Source: Spirochaetia bacterium (GTDB lineage: Bacteria > Spirochaetota > Spirochaetia > UBA9216). Taken from it: DNA of 64,000 nucleotides. This document shows, one piece after another, positions 29,740 to 38,599 of the stretch. Both the position numbers and the translations under genes were made by a program. Within the stretch, counting starts at the first letter, position 1; each line of letters begins with the position of its first letter. The notes beneath the pieces are model-generated. The model saw only the letters and a program-made list of their open reading frames with translations, was not told where the DNA came from and ran no database searches. The stretch covers positions 96,001-160,000 of the forward strand of contig CAXXYH010000003.1 in NCBI GenBank assembly GCA_963677925.2, in the 5' to 3' direction.

Positions 29740-29830
29740 TAATAACGTTCCGGGGTTATGTGACGTACGGCGAAGCCGTATGTGGCGCAGCCCGAGGAGC
29801 GTAGTGACGAGCGAATAACCCTTGTTAGAC
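29740..29830 (-). repeat. Intact attC type B
   Basis: taacgttccggggttat...ataacccttgtta inverted repeat with tacggcgaagccgta arm. Confidence 0.85.
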
Positions 29831-29879
29831 GATGTCACGAACCTTCTTCAAAGCCAAGCAACATGGATGTTGTTTGGCT

Positions 29880-30209
29880 TTAATCTATTAACATTTCCTG
29901 TAGCACATTCTTGACGAGATCTACTTCTTTTCTATTTATTTTACCAATCTTTTTAATTAATCTCTTCCTATCAACAGTTCTTAATTGATCTAAAACAATC
30001 CATCCATCTTTATTTTGAAACTTAACAGCTACACGAGTAGGATATGTATGTGATTTTGTTGTCATTGGAGCGATAATAATAGTCTGGATTGTTTCATTCA
30101 TTTCATTTGGTGAAATCACTAAACAAGGTCTTGTCTTTTTTATTTCATGGCCAACTGTTGGATCTAAGTTTATTAAATATACCTCATATTGATGAATTAC
30201 CATTCCCAT
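29880..30209 (-). CDS. mazF: MazF/PemK family toxin
   Basis: LDPTVGHEIKKTRPCLVIS...DQLRTVDRKRL. Confidence 0.92.
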   Translation of the reverse strand: MGMVIHQYEVYLINLDPTVGHEIKKTRPCLVISPNEMNETIQTIIIAPMTTKSHTYPTRVAVKFQNKDGWIVLDQLRTVDRKRLIKKIGKINRKEVDLVKNVLQEMLID

Positions 30210-30445
30210 TCAAAATCACCCTGTTCAGTCAAATTGTCTAAAAGTAATGAATCATCCCCATTTTGATGCATCTTCATAAACTCTTCGGACCATCCTTCCC
30301 TTGGCTTTTTCTTTATTGGTCTAATCAGTATTTCTGTATTATGCACTTCTAATTCAACTTTTTCTTCAATATTTAACTGTTGCAAAATGCTCTTCGGAAT
30401 TCGTATTCCTTTTGAATTGCCTATAGGAACCACTGAAACTAACAT
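30197..30445 (-). CDS. mazE: MazE/AbrB family antitoxin (start corrected to 30445)
   Basis: IGNSKGIRIPK; GAGGTG RBS before ATG at 30445. Confidence 0.9.
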   Translation of the reverse strand: MLVSVVPIGNSKGIRIPKSILQQLNIEEKVELEVHNTEILIRPIKKKPREGWSEEFMKMHQNGDDSLLLDNLTEQGDFEWEW

Positions 30446-30464
30446 AATACACCTCTTTATTGTA

Positions 30465-30493
30465 ATTATATAGTAATTACATAAATTTGTCAA
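30465..30493 (-). promoter_or_regulatory. Consensus sigma70 promoter and operator of mazEF
   Basis: TTGACA-17 nt-TATAAT; tgtaatta...taattaca palindrome. Confidence 0.85.
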
Positions 30494-30546
30494 TCTTTGC
30501 TTGCCAAGGATGGCAAGCATCCTCTTTCTCTTAGGTTCGTGATTTC

Positions 30547-30583
30547 GTCTAACGCCCCGGGGTTATATGACGTTTTTATTTTT
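30547..30583 (-). repeat. Half of type-B attC (R' side)
   Basis: taacgccccggggttatatgacgtttttatttt. Confidence 0.8.
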
Positions 30584-30642
30584 CTCAATTTTACCACCAA
30601 TTACCCGTATTTACCATTTCAAACTGTTTTACCATGTTGTGC

Positions 30643-30781
30643 ATTTAACGACGATTTGAGTAGCGAAACCGGCCGAGTCTTCGAGGCTTGGCGTAGTTCT
30701 GGAACGTAGCGCGATCAGCGCGGAGTGTCTTTAGCCAGAACTATGACAAAGGTTTTGACTACTCCAAATCTCTTGTTATCT
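30643..30781 (-). repeat. attC type A #23 (attC of first cassette)
   Basis: Family consensus; same sequence as #17. Confidence 0.92.
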
Positions 30782-30784
30782 ATA

Positions 30785-31438
30785 TTATTTTTCTTTATTT
30801 ATTAATTTTCTTATCAAAATTCCTCGTTCTGCAAAATATTTTTTAAATAGTTCCAATTGTATTTTGTAATTTTGTTGAGTTCTTATTTTATCTCCTGAAG
30901 GATTATTAATATAAATAGTATTGTTCAAATTATCGACACCTGATACAACAACAAGATGACCACCTTTTTCCCCATTATATGTCATATCCGGTTTACGGAT
31001 TAAATAATGTACCGACACAATAAATATATTGCCATCTAATGTTGCATTAAATATCTCATCTGTGTTTAAAGGTGAAACAGAGTTTGCATCTAACTGAAAT
31101 CTATCCTTTAAATATTCACAAAACGGTACATAAAATAATCCATCAATACTTTCCTTATTAACTTTATATCCACCATATTCAGTACATTCTTTTGCTAATT
31201 GGATTATAGGTGGTGAATCAATCTTCCAGTATTCTAAAATCATTTTCAAACATGCCATTCCGCAAATGTTTTTAGCCCATAATTCATATTCTTTAACATT
31301 ATTTGCTCCAGAATATTCCCATAAAGGATCATCTGTTGCTTGGATTTTACCAGATATAATTTCTCCTACTATCTCACGAGACATCCATTGTGAATAATAA
31401 GGCATTTCATTAAGTATAATTTTTTGACTATTAACCAT
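30785..31438 (-). CDS. C39-like cysteine peptidase, copy 1 (first cassette)
   Basis: Near-identical to 20600-21241. Confidence 0.82.
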   Translation of the reverse strand: MVNSQKIILNEMPYYSQWMSREIVGEIISGKIQATDDPLWEYSGANNVKEYELWAKNICGMACLKMILEYWKIDSPPIIQLAKECTEYGGYKVNKESIDGLFYVPFCEYLKDRFQLDANSVSPLNTDEIFNATLDGNIFIVSVHYLIRKPDMTYNGEKGGHLVVVSGVDNLNNTIYINNPSGDKIRTQQNYKIQLELFKKYFAERGILIRKLINKEK

Positions 31439-31968
31439 TTTCCCAACTTAAAATTTGATAGACAATAATATAGAGCTTTATTCCCAATTTTTTTGGGTTA
31501 ATTCTATCACCTAACATAATCATTTACATTTATTCAATAGCTTAGTGCTTTTGTATATTCATATTCTTCTTATTTACCTCATAATACGGTAAAATCTATT
31601 CAAAGACATTAGATCTATTTCCGAATGTTCAGACCGAGCCTTATATACAAATTTCTAATAACCACATGTACAGAAATTCTTGTATTTTTTCATTTTAAAG
31701 CTGTTTTCAGACTATTGGAACTATATTTTATTAATTATTCTATATTGTTCTTTTGGATATAGGCAATTGTTAAGTAAGTCTTTAGCTGATAAATACTTAA
31801 TGATTTTAAATGCAATTGAAAATCATTAATTTCCTTTATTCTTATAATTCTTATAGGCTTAAGATTTTAATAACAAACTGCTTTTTTAAAGAATTCTAAT
31901 TGTATTAAGCTTGTACACTAATTCATTAGAAATTTGATGACAGAGTTATCCGCCTGTACCCGAATTAT

Positions 31969-32070
31969 AGATAACATATTAGATCCCAAGTTTTCTATAT
32001 ATCAAAGAATATCCCACAATCAACAGAAACATTAAACCGGTCTATTTAACTTGATCCCGAGTTCTATATA
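31969..32070 (-). other. attI region
   Basis: Identity with duplicate cassette ends at TAAC 31972-31975 (G/TTATCT on minus strand); no attC hairpin follows; gatccc(a/g)agtt(tt)ctatata direct repeats. Confidence 0.8.
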
Positions 32071-32198
32071 ACTCAGCTATTTCTAAATTATACAGCATAT
32101 ATCCTTAATGAGCATAAAAATATTCTCTTATACTGTTAGAAGAAACAGTTTTAGCAGTTTTTTTCAATCATACAGAAAAATTTTTAGTTTATAAAAAC

Positions 32199-33458
32199 AT
32201 GAAAAATTTATTAAATTTCACATTTGATCCAGCTGAATATACTAGATATCTTAGAATAAATACTGTACTCCCTGTCAAGGTTTATCCATACTATTGCAAT
32301 TGGGTTAGTAGTTTTTTATCATATTTGAAAAAGGCCCCCTCGGATGATAGTTTATATAAAAATTATATCAGTTATCTAAAACTAAATAGTAAAATAGATG
32401 ATTGGCAGATAATTCAAGCTGAAGATGCTGTAATAAAATATCTGAAATTTTCACGTGTTGATATAAATTTTGAAGATAATAGCCATAAAGATATCGATCC
32501 CGGATGGATATCAAAAATTGAGGAAAATCGTATTCAGTTACGTTTAAGGCATAGATCATTACAAACTGAAAAATCTTACCAGTGGTGGGTTAAAGATTTT
32601 ATAAAAAATACAGATGCATTACCTGATGCAGTTGAAGAGCAGGATTTCATCAAGTATATTCATACGATAGCTTCAACCCGGCAAGTTTCTGCAAGCACAC
32701 AAAAGCAGGCATTTAATGCTGTACTTTTCTTTGCAAGAAGCGTATATGGTATAGATGAAATAAACATAAAAAATATAAAGCTTTCTACAAGGAATCCGAA
32801 GTTACCTGTAGTACTCACAATAGATGAAGTATCTAAAGTATTCAATTATTTGGAAGGGACTAATAAGCTTATGTCCAAATTGATATACGGTACTGGTATG
32901 CGCTTAAAGGAATGTCTTGCATTAAGGGTGAAGGATATTGATTTTAATGGAAAATGTATTCATATTCGCTCTGGAAAAGGGAATAAAGATCGTCTCACAT
33001 TGCTTCCTGAATCCTTGATATCGGAACTTGAACATCATCTGAAAACAATAAGAAAAATATATGAAAAAGATCGTAATTCGGGGTGTGAAGGTGTAATGAT
33101 GCCGCAGGCTCTTTCATCAAAATACACAAATGCTTCAAAATCGTGGATATGGTTCTGGGTTTTTCCATCCAAACATCTTTCTGTTGATCCATTTTCACAG
33201 GTGGTTAGAAGATTTCACATTTATCATTCTACATTACAAAAAGCTTTCCATACAGCTGTCTTACAAGCTGGGATAACAAAACAGGCAAGCGTTCATACTT
33301 TAAGGCACAGCTTTGCCACTAATTTAATAGAAACAGGATATGATATCCGAACAGTTCAGGAACTTCTCGGGCATTCTGATCTCAGTACTACAATGATATA
33401 CACTCATGTAGCGAATAAAAACAAGCTTGGAGTTAAAAGTCCTCTCGATAATCTTTAA
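32199..33458 (+). CDS. intI: Integron integrase with extended N-terminus
   Basis: [31 protein letters not shown]; integron insertion PQAL..KY.NA..SW.WFWVFPS. Confidence 0.96.
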   Translation: MKNLLNFTFDPAEYTRYLRINTVLPVKVYPYYCNWVSSFLSYLKKAPSDDSLYKNYISYLKLNSKIDDWQIIQAEDAVIKYLKFSRVDINFEDNSHKDIDPGWISKIEENRIQLRLRHRSLQTEKSYQWWVKDFIKNTDALPDAVEEQDFIKYIHTIASTRQVSASTQKQAFNAVLFFARSVYGIDEINIKNIKLSTRNPKLPVVLTIDEVSKVFNYLEGTNKLMSKLIYGTGMRLKECLALRVKDIDFNGKCIHIRSGKGNKDRLTLLPESLISELEHHLKTIRKIYEKDRNSGCEGVMMPQALSSKYTNASKSWIWFWVFPSKHLSVDPFSQVVRRFHIYHSTLQKAFHTAVLQAGITKQASVHTLRHSFATNLIETGYDIRTVQELLGHSDLSTTMIYTHVANKNKLGVKSPLDNL

Positions 33459-33495
33459 TTTGATGGCATTTTAGATGTTAGTATTATAAGCTGTT

Positions 33496-34125
33496 TTATA
33501 GATGCTTCTTTTTTTCAAGTCGGCTTTTGACCATCTTCATTAACAGAAAACTTTCTCTTTCTGCTTCTTCAAGACGGCTTATTGTGAATTGAAGCGATTC
33601 TTTTAAGTCTGGAATTGCAATTTTTTCGAGGGCGTTTACTTTTCTGATTGTTTTTTTTACTTCCTGTGCAAGCCGCATAATTGATACTTTCAGTTCTGCC
33701 ATACGGCCCATCAGTTTCAAAGCTTCCTTGAAATTATACAGAGCATCCTCTATCAGATAGCTTGTGCCAAGCGGGCTAAAGTATGGTCCGTTATCAATAA
33801 ACTCTGTGTTTACAACCGGAAGGCGTACTCCCATTACTCGTCTTTCTTTAATTTTGATGTTGCTGGTAATATCAATTGCTCCGGTAAGATTTCCGATTTT
33901 TAATTTCCCCATTTCCATCACGGCATCTTCAAGGCTGCTGTACGCCTGACTGAGAGAATCATTTACTTTTGTTTCATATTCTACTGCCTGGTCTACAAGG
34001 TTAAGAAGTTCAATAACAAGGATATTTCTTTTCTGATCAAGAAGTTCATAGCCCAGTTCTGCGAACTTAAGTTCTTCTTTGAGCTTCATCAAATTGGATC
34101 TTGTAGGCGCTATGTTTTTACTCAT
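33496..34125 (-). CDS. atpD: V/A-type ATP synthase subunit D
   Basis: PTRSNL...GYELLDQKR...RKVNALEK. Confidence 0.95.
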   Translation of the reverse strand: MSKNIAPTRSNLMKLKEELKFAELGYELLDQKRNILVIELLNLVDQAVEYETKVNDSLSQAYSSLEDAVMEMGKLKIGNLTGAIDITSNIKIKERRVMGVRLPVVNTEFIDNGPYFSPLGTSYLIEDALYNFKEALKLMGRMAELKVSIMRLAQEVKKTIRKVNALEKIAIPDLKESLQFTISRLEEAERESFLLMKMVKSRLEKKKHL

Positions 34126-35532
34126 TTAACCTCTGTAGTAGTCATCAATTTCATCCTCGGTGACTCGATGAAGTTCTTCCGCTGGAAGTTTTGAAAGAGC
34201 CTGCCAGCCTATGTCCAGTGTTTCGTCAATGCTGCGATTATCATGATAGCCCTGATTTACAAAATTCCTCTCAAAATATTCACCGAACTCAAGATACTGA
34301 TGATCCAAAGGAGTTAATTCCTCTTCTCCAATGACAGATGCAAGGTTACGTACATCCTTAACATAACTGTAGGATGCAAAAAGTTGATTTGATAGATGCG
34401 GATGATCTTCCCTAGTCATCCCCTCACCTATGCCGTCTTTCATCAGACGGGATAATGATGGAAGACCTGCAACAGGAGGATATATTCCCCTGCTGAACAT
34501 CTCACGTTCAAATACTATCTGACCTTCTGTAATGTACCCGGAAAGATCCGGAACCGGATGACTGATATCATCATTAGGCATTGTAAGTATGGGGAGTTGA
34601 GTAATTGAACCCGAATAACCTTTCAACATTCCTGATCTTTCGTATATCTCTGCAAGGTCTGAATACAGGTAACCGGGATATCCTTTTCGTGAAGGGATCT
34701 CTCCGCGTAGAGTTGAAATTTCTCTAAGAGATTCACAGTAGTTTGTCATATCGGTCATTATAACAAGGACATGCATTCCCTTTGTAAAGGCCAAATGCTC
34801 TGCAAGTGTAAGTGCTGTTCGTGGTGTAATAGTCCGTTCAATTGAAGGGTCATCTGCCAGGGAAAGAAAAAGCGCTACGTTTGCGAGTACTCCGGTTTCT
34901 TCAAAGCTCTTTATAAAGAATCTTGCTACATCATGCTTAACTCCCATTGCAGCAAATACAACAGCAAAGTTTGAAGTACTGCTTTTAATTTTTGCCTGCC
35001 GGGCAATTTGAGCAGCCAGTTCATTGTGGGGCAAGCCGTTTCCGCTGAAGATAGGCAGTTTCTGTCCGCGTATCAGCGTGGTCATTCCGTCAATTATCGA
35101 AATACCTGTCTGAATAAAATCACGGGGATATTCGCGGGCTGTAGGGTTTATAGGCCGGCCGTTTACATTAAGCTCATCCTCCGAAGCTGTTGCTCCACCT
35201 CCGTCTATTGGTTTTCCCAGTCCGTTAAAAACACGGCCGAGCATTGATTCTGAGACACCTATTGAAAGAGGTTCCCCCATAAAGCGTATCTTAGTGTCAG
35301 GAAGTGTCAGTCCTGAAGTTCCTTCAAAAATCTGGACTACTACAACATCATCAGAGGTATCAAGCACCAGACCTGTTCTGATGTTTCCATCCTTATCTAC
35401 ACATTCAACAAGTTCCTGATAGCCGACCGGGTGCGTATTTTTTATATAAACAAGCGGACCTTCAATCTGATTCACACCGGAATACTCTCTTCCTGCCAGA
35501 AGCTGTTTTTCAATGCTGTTCAAATTATTCAT
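34126..35532 (-). CDS. atpB: V/A-type ATP synthase subunit B (start corrected to 35532)
   Basis: [35 protein letters not shown]. Confidence 0.96.
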   Translation of the reverse strand: MNNLNSIEKQLLAGREYSGVNQIEGPLVYIKNTHPVGYQELVECVDKDGNIRTGLVLDTSDDVVVVQIFEGTSGLTLPDTKIRFMGEPLSIGVSESMLGRVFNGLGKPIDGGGATASEDELNVNGRPINPTAREYPRDFIQTGISIIDGMTTLIRGQKLPIFSGNGLPHNELAAQIARQAKIKSSTSNFAVVFAAMGVKHDVARFFIKSFEETGVLANVALFLSLADDPSIERTITPRTALTLAEHLAFTKGMHVLVIMTDMTNYCESLREISTLRGEIPSRKGYPGYLYSDLAEIYERSGMLKGYSGSITQLPILTMPNDDISHPVPDLSGYITEGQIVFEREMFSRGIYPPVAGLPSLSRLMKDGIGEGMTREDHPHLSNQLFASYSYVKDVRNLASVIGEEELTPLDHQYLEFGEYFERNFVNQGYHDNRSIDETLDIGWQALSKLPAEELHRVTEDEIDDYYRG

Positions 35533-37303
35533 AAATACTCTCCAGCTGGTCCATAGCCCTTTCAAGTTTAACCTGAAGTTTATCAAGCTCTTTTGTATCT
35601 TCATTTGATACATTGAATTTCATTCGGGCAATATCCTGTACAACTTTCATATGTCTCAATTTTAGAATTGTAATTCCTTTTTTTATCGCTTCAGAGCCTC
35701 TTCGACTGTATTCAAGAATTATCTCAAGCATCTTGATTTGTTTTTCAACTGTAGAATAGCGGTCAATATCATCAAAAGCGTTCTGCTGTAAAAAGGCATT
35801 CTTGAAAAGTGTGCAGACTTCAATAATAAATCTCTGACTGTCAGGAAGAGCGTCGGGTCCGACAAGTTTAACAACCTGCTGCAGCCTTACCTCTTTCTGA
35901 AGAAGCTCCATTATTTCGCTTCTGTTCTGTACCCAGGATGTTTCTGATTTATCCTCCCACCAGGCAGATACATCGTCAATGTATTCGCTGTAGGAATCAA
36001 GCCAGCCTATTGCCGGATAATGTCTTGCATTGGCAAGCTGTCGATCCAGCCCCCAGAAGCATCGGACAAAACGTTTGGTATGCTGCGTAACGGGTTCAGA
36101 AAAATCCCCTCCTGGCGGAGATACGGCTCCAATAATGGTGACCGAGCCTTCATCTTCATTCAGGGTAGTCATATAACCTGCTCTTTCGTAGAACTCGGCT
36201 ATTCTTGTGGGCAGATATGCGGGAAAGCCTTCTTCAGCCGGCATTTCCTCCATACGGCCTGAAAGCTCGCGAAGGGCTTCTGCCCATCTTGAGGTTGAGT
36301 CTGCCATTATCGCTACATGGTAGCCCTGATCACGATAATATTCTGCGAGAGTCACCCCGGTATAAATACTGGCTTCACGTGCAGAAACCGGCATATTACT
36401 GGTATTAGCAATCAGGATTGTCCGCTCCATTAACGACATTCCCGTTCGAGGATCTATAAGCTCGGGAAACTCCATGAGTACATCAGTCATTTCATTACCG
36501 CGTTCACCGCATCCTATGTAGACGATAATATCAGCATCACACCATTTTGCAATTGCATGCTGAGTCATTGTTTTCCCGGTACCGAAGCCGCCGGGTATTG
36601 CAACTGTTCCGCCTTTTGCAAGCGGGAACAGTGTATCAATGACTCTCTGTCCGGTAACAAGAGGAATATTAAGAGGCTGTCTATATTTAACAGGCCGTGG
36701 GTTTCTTATCGGCCAGCGCTGAAGCATTGAAACCTCAATGTCGCTTCCATCCTTCTGCTTTATGACTGCTATAGTGTCTTCAATAGTAAAAAGTCCCTGT
36801 TCTGATATTCTGACAAGTTCTCCTTCCATTCCCGGAGGCAGAAGGACTTTATGCAGAACACGCTCTGTTTCCTGAACTGTTCCAATGATGGAACCCGCTG
36901 TAATATAATCTCCGGGTTTTAGATCTGCAGAAGGAGAAAATTCCCATTGCTTTTGCTTATCAAGCGCAGGCCTGGTTACTCCGCGTTCAATAAATTCACC
37001 GCTTGCCTCAAGCAGGGCTTCAAGCGGACGCTGAATACCGTCATAGATGGTTCCGATAAGTCCTGGTCCAAGTTCAACCGATAGGGGCATCCCGCTTCCA
37101 AAAACATTGTCTCCGGGTTTTATGCCGGTTGTATCTTCATACACCTGTACAACTGCTGTATTTTCGTAGAGTTTTACAATTTCCCCTACAAGACGCCCTT
37201 CTCCTACACGCACAAGTTCCATCATCATGGCATCGGTTATATTATCTGCTTCAATAACAGGTCCGTTAACCCGCTTTACCTGCCCGATTATTCTGTCCAT
37301 CAT
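35525..37303 (-). CDS. atpA: V/A-type ATP synthase subunit A
   Basis: [28 protein letters not shown]. Confidence 0.97.
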   Translation of the reverse strand: MMDRIIGQVKRVNGPVIEADNITDAMMMELVRVGEGRLVGEIVKLYENTAVVQVYEDTTGIKPGDNVFGSGMPLSVELGPGLIGTIYDGIQRPLEALLEASGEFIERGVTRPALDKQKQWEFSPSADLKPGDYITAGSIIGTVQETERVLHKVLLPPGMEGELVRISEQGLFTIEDTIAVIKQKDGSDIEVSMLQRWPIRNPRPVKYRQPLNIPLVTGQRVIDTLFPLAKGGTVAIPGGFGTGKTMTQHAIAKWCDADIIVYIGCGERGNEMTDVLMEFPELIDPRTGMSLMERTILIANTSNMPVSAREASIYTGVTLAEYYRDQGYHVAIMADSTSRWAEALRELSGRMEEMPAEEGFPAYLPTRIAEFYERAGYMTTLNEDEGSVTIIGAVSPPGGDFSEPVTQHTKRFVRCFWGLDRQLANARHYPAIGWLDSYSEYIDDVSAWWEDKSETSWVQNRSEIMELLQKEVRLQQVVKLVGPDALPDSQRFIIEVCTLFKNAFLQQNAFDDIDRYSTVEKQIKMLEIILEYSRRGSEAIKKGITILKLRHMKVVQDIARMKFNVSNEDTKELDKLQVKLERAMDQLESIYE

Positions 37304-37926
37304 TTCTGAAGCCGCTCCTTTTCGAGGTCGCTTGAAATTATCCGGTTAATATCATCCTTAAAGCGTCTGATCCTGGATTCAACAGTATTTGTATACGATA
37401 CTCTCATATCAGATGACAGTACGCTAATCCCGTTTTCAAACAGATAATTATCTCTGTCCGGGGTCAGGATAATATCCTTGCCCGTATATTCCTTTACTAT
37501 CTCAACGGACTTTTTTAGTATTTGGTCTGATATCTGAATGTTGCTGCTGCTTCTGACATACATCTCCTGGAAATTAACAGATATACAGCCTTCCGCAATC
37601 CAGGCAGAAAGAATGTTTTCAAACTCTGGTTTATTTATAGTTTCTGTAAAGTGTTTTTTAACATCTTTGATAGATTTCAAATAAACCTTTTCCCGTTTAC
37701 TTAATTTGATTTTTCGTCTTTCAGATACAATCACAGATTCTGTCTGTTTTTCTATAAGTTTAATCTTCTCTGATATCTTGAGATCTGTCTCGGAAGTAAT
37801 TTGGGAAATCTGTGTTTTTATTCCGCCGCGAATAATTGATGCTCTTTCACTGGCCTCACTAAGAAGCCGTTCTCTTTCATTTTCCGCGTCATCAATAATT
37901 TTTTTAATAATTTTATTCTCTGACAT
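37300..37926 (-). CDS. atpE: V/A-type ATP synthase subunit E
   Basis: Coiled N-terminus, operon position. Confidence 0.82.
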   Translation of the reverse strand: MSENKIIKKIIDDAENERERLLSEASERASIIRGGIKTQISQITSETDLKISEKIKLIEKQTESVIVSERRKIKLSKREKVYLKSIKDVKKHFTETINKPEFENILSAWIAEGCISVNFQEMYVRSSSNIQISDQILKKSVEIVKEYTGKDIILTPDRDNYLFENGISVLSSDMRVSYTNTVESRIRRFKDDINRIISSDLEKERLQK

Positions 37927-37930
37927 ATTA

Positions 37931-38236
37931 TTACAACTTTATCCCGATGGCTTCATTAACGAGTGTTCGAAGATCCCTCCGGCCTTCCTTTCGTCCACGG
38001 CTTCCGGGAATCTCAACAATAAGAGGAAATTGGGCTGAAAATAAATATCTGTCTACAACTTCACGAATCATATCAGCTGTATTTTCAGTGATGATTAGAA
38101 TTCCATGTTCTTTGTTTTGAAGGGCGCCGTTAAATGAAGCAAGAGCCTCGGAAGGAGTTTTTACAGCCTTTCCGCTTACTCCCGCAAGTTCAAAACCGAG
38201 AACTGTATCCTCATCACCGATTATAAAATAGTCCAT
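37931..38236 (-). CDS. atpF: V/A-type ATP synthase subunit F
   Basis: IGDEDTVLGFELAGV...PLIVEIP...EAIG. Confidence 0.93.
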   Translation of the reverse strand: MDYFIIGDEDTVLGFELAGVSGKAVKTPSEALASFNGALQNKEHGILIITENTADMIREVVDRYLFSAQFPLIVEIPGSRGRKEGRRDLRTLVNEAIGIKL

Positions 38237-38251
38237 ACGGTTATATTACCG

Positions 38252-38599
38252 TCATACCTTTCCAAGTATCATCAGTGCTGTAATAAAACCGAATACTACG
38301 AGTCCTTCAGCAAGGGCTATAAAAATAAGTGCCTGTGAAGCCAGTTCCGGCTTTTCGCCGATAGCGCCCATTGCTGCGGCGCCTACATTTGCAATCGCAA
38401 TACCTGCACCTATAGCCCCAAAACCGAATGCAACAGCTGCCGCTATCAAAGCCCACTGCAGTGATGAGGAATTTGAAGCTTCAGTAGTACCTTCAGCAAA
38501 TACACTTGCAGATCCTGCAAAGAAAAATATAACAAGGAATACTGTCAAGAATACAACACTGAAAGTTACCTTTCTTTTAAAATCTCGTTTTACGTTCAT
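38252..38599 (-). CDS. atpK: V/A-type ATP synthase subunit K (proteolipid)
   Basis: GAIGAGIAI...EKPE...IALAEGL. Confidence 0.92.
   Translation of the reverse strand: MNVKRDFKRKVTFSVVFLTVFLVIFFFAGSASVFAEGTTEASNSSSLQWALIAAAVAFGFGAIGAGIAIANVGAAAMGAIGEKPELASQALIFIALAEGLVVFGFITALMILGKV

Larger units (their letters stand above)
1..33458. mobile_element. Chromosomal integron with large cassette array (continues beyond left edge)
   Basis: IntI-type integrase divergent from attI; 24 intact attC-like sites separating AT-rich 1-3 gene units, all on the minus strand. Confidence 0.96.

Noticed and set aside
2317-30709. Short ORFs overlapping attC sites (e.g. 2317, 5299, 5327, 10286, 11612, 13858, 13902, 15380, 21817, 30497)
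   Set aside because: They arise from GC-rich repeat sequence, frames and stops differ between copies, and they lack an RBS.
328-30781. Recurrent repeats read as a CRISPR array or REP/IS ends
   Set aside because: Repeats are 130-200 bp, gene-spaced, have TAAC/GTTA cores and an adjacent intI; no cas or transposase gene is present.
1-33458. Retron, group II intron or DGR explanation for the structured elements
   Set aside because: No reverse transcriptase ORF in the window; one elsewhere in the genome cannot be excluded.
35533-35613. N-terminal extensions in the ORF track (atpB, hslO, LOG, mazE, brnT, 59698 gene)
   Set aside because: They overlap upstream genes, promoters or terminators; internal Met starts fit better.
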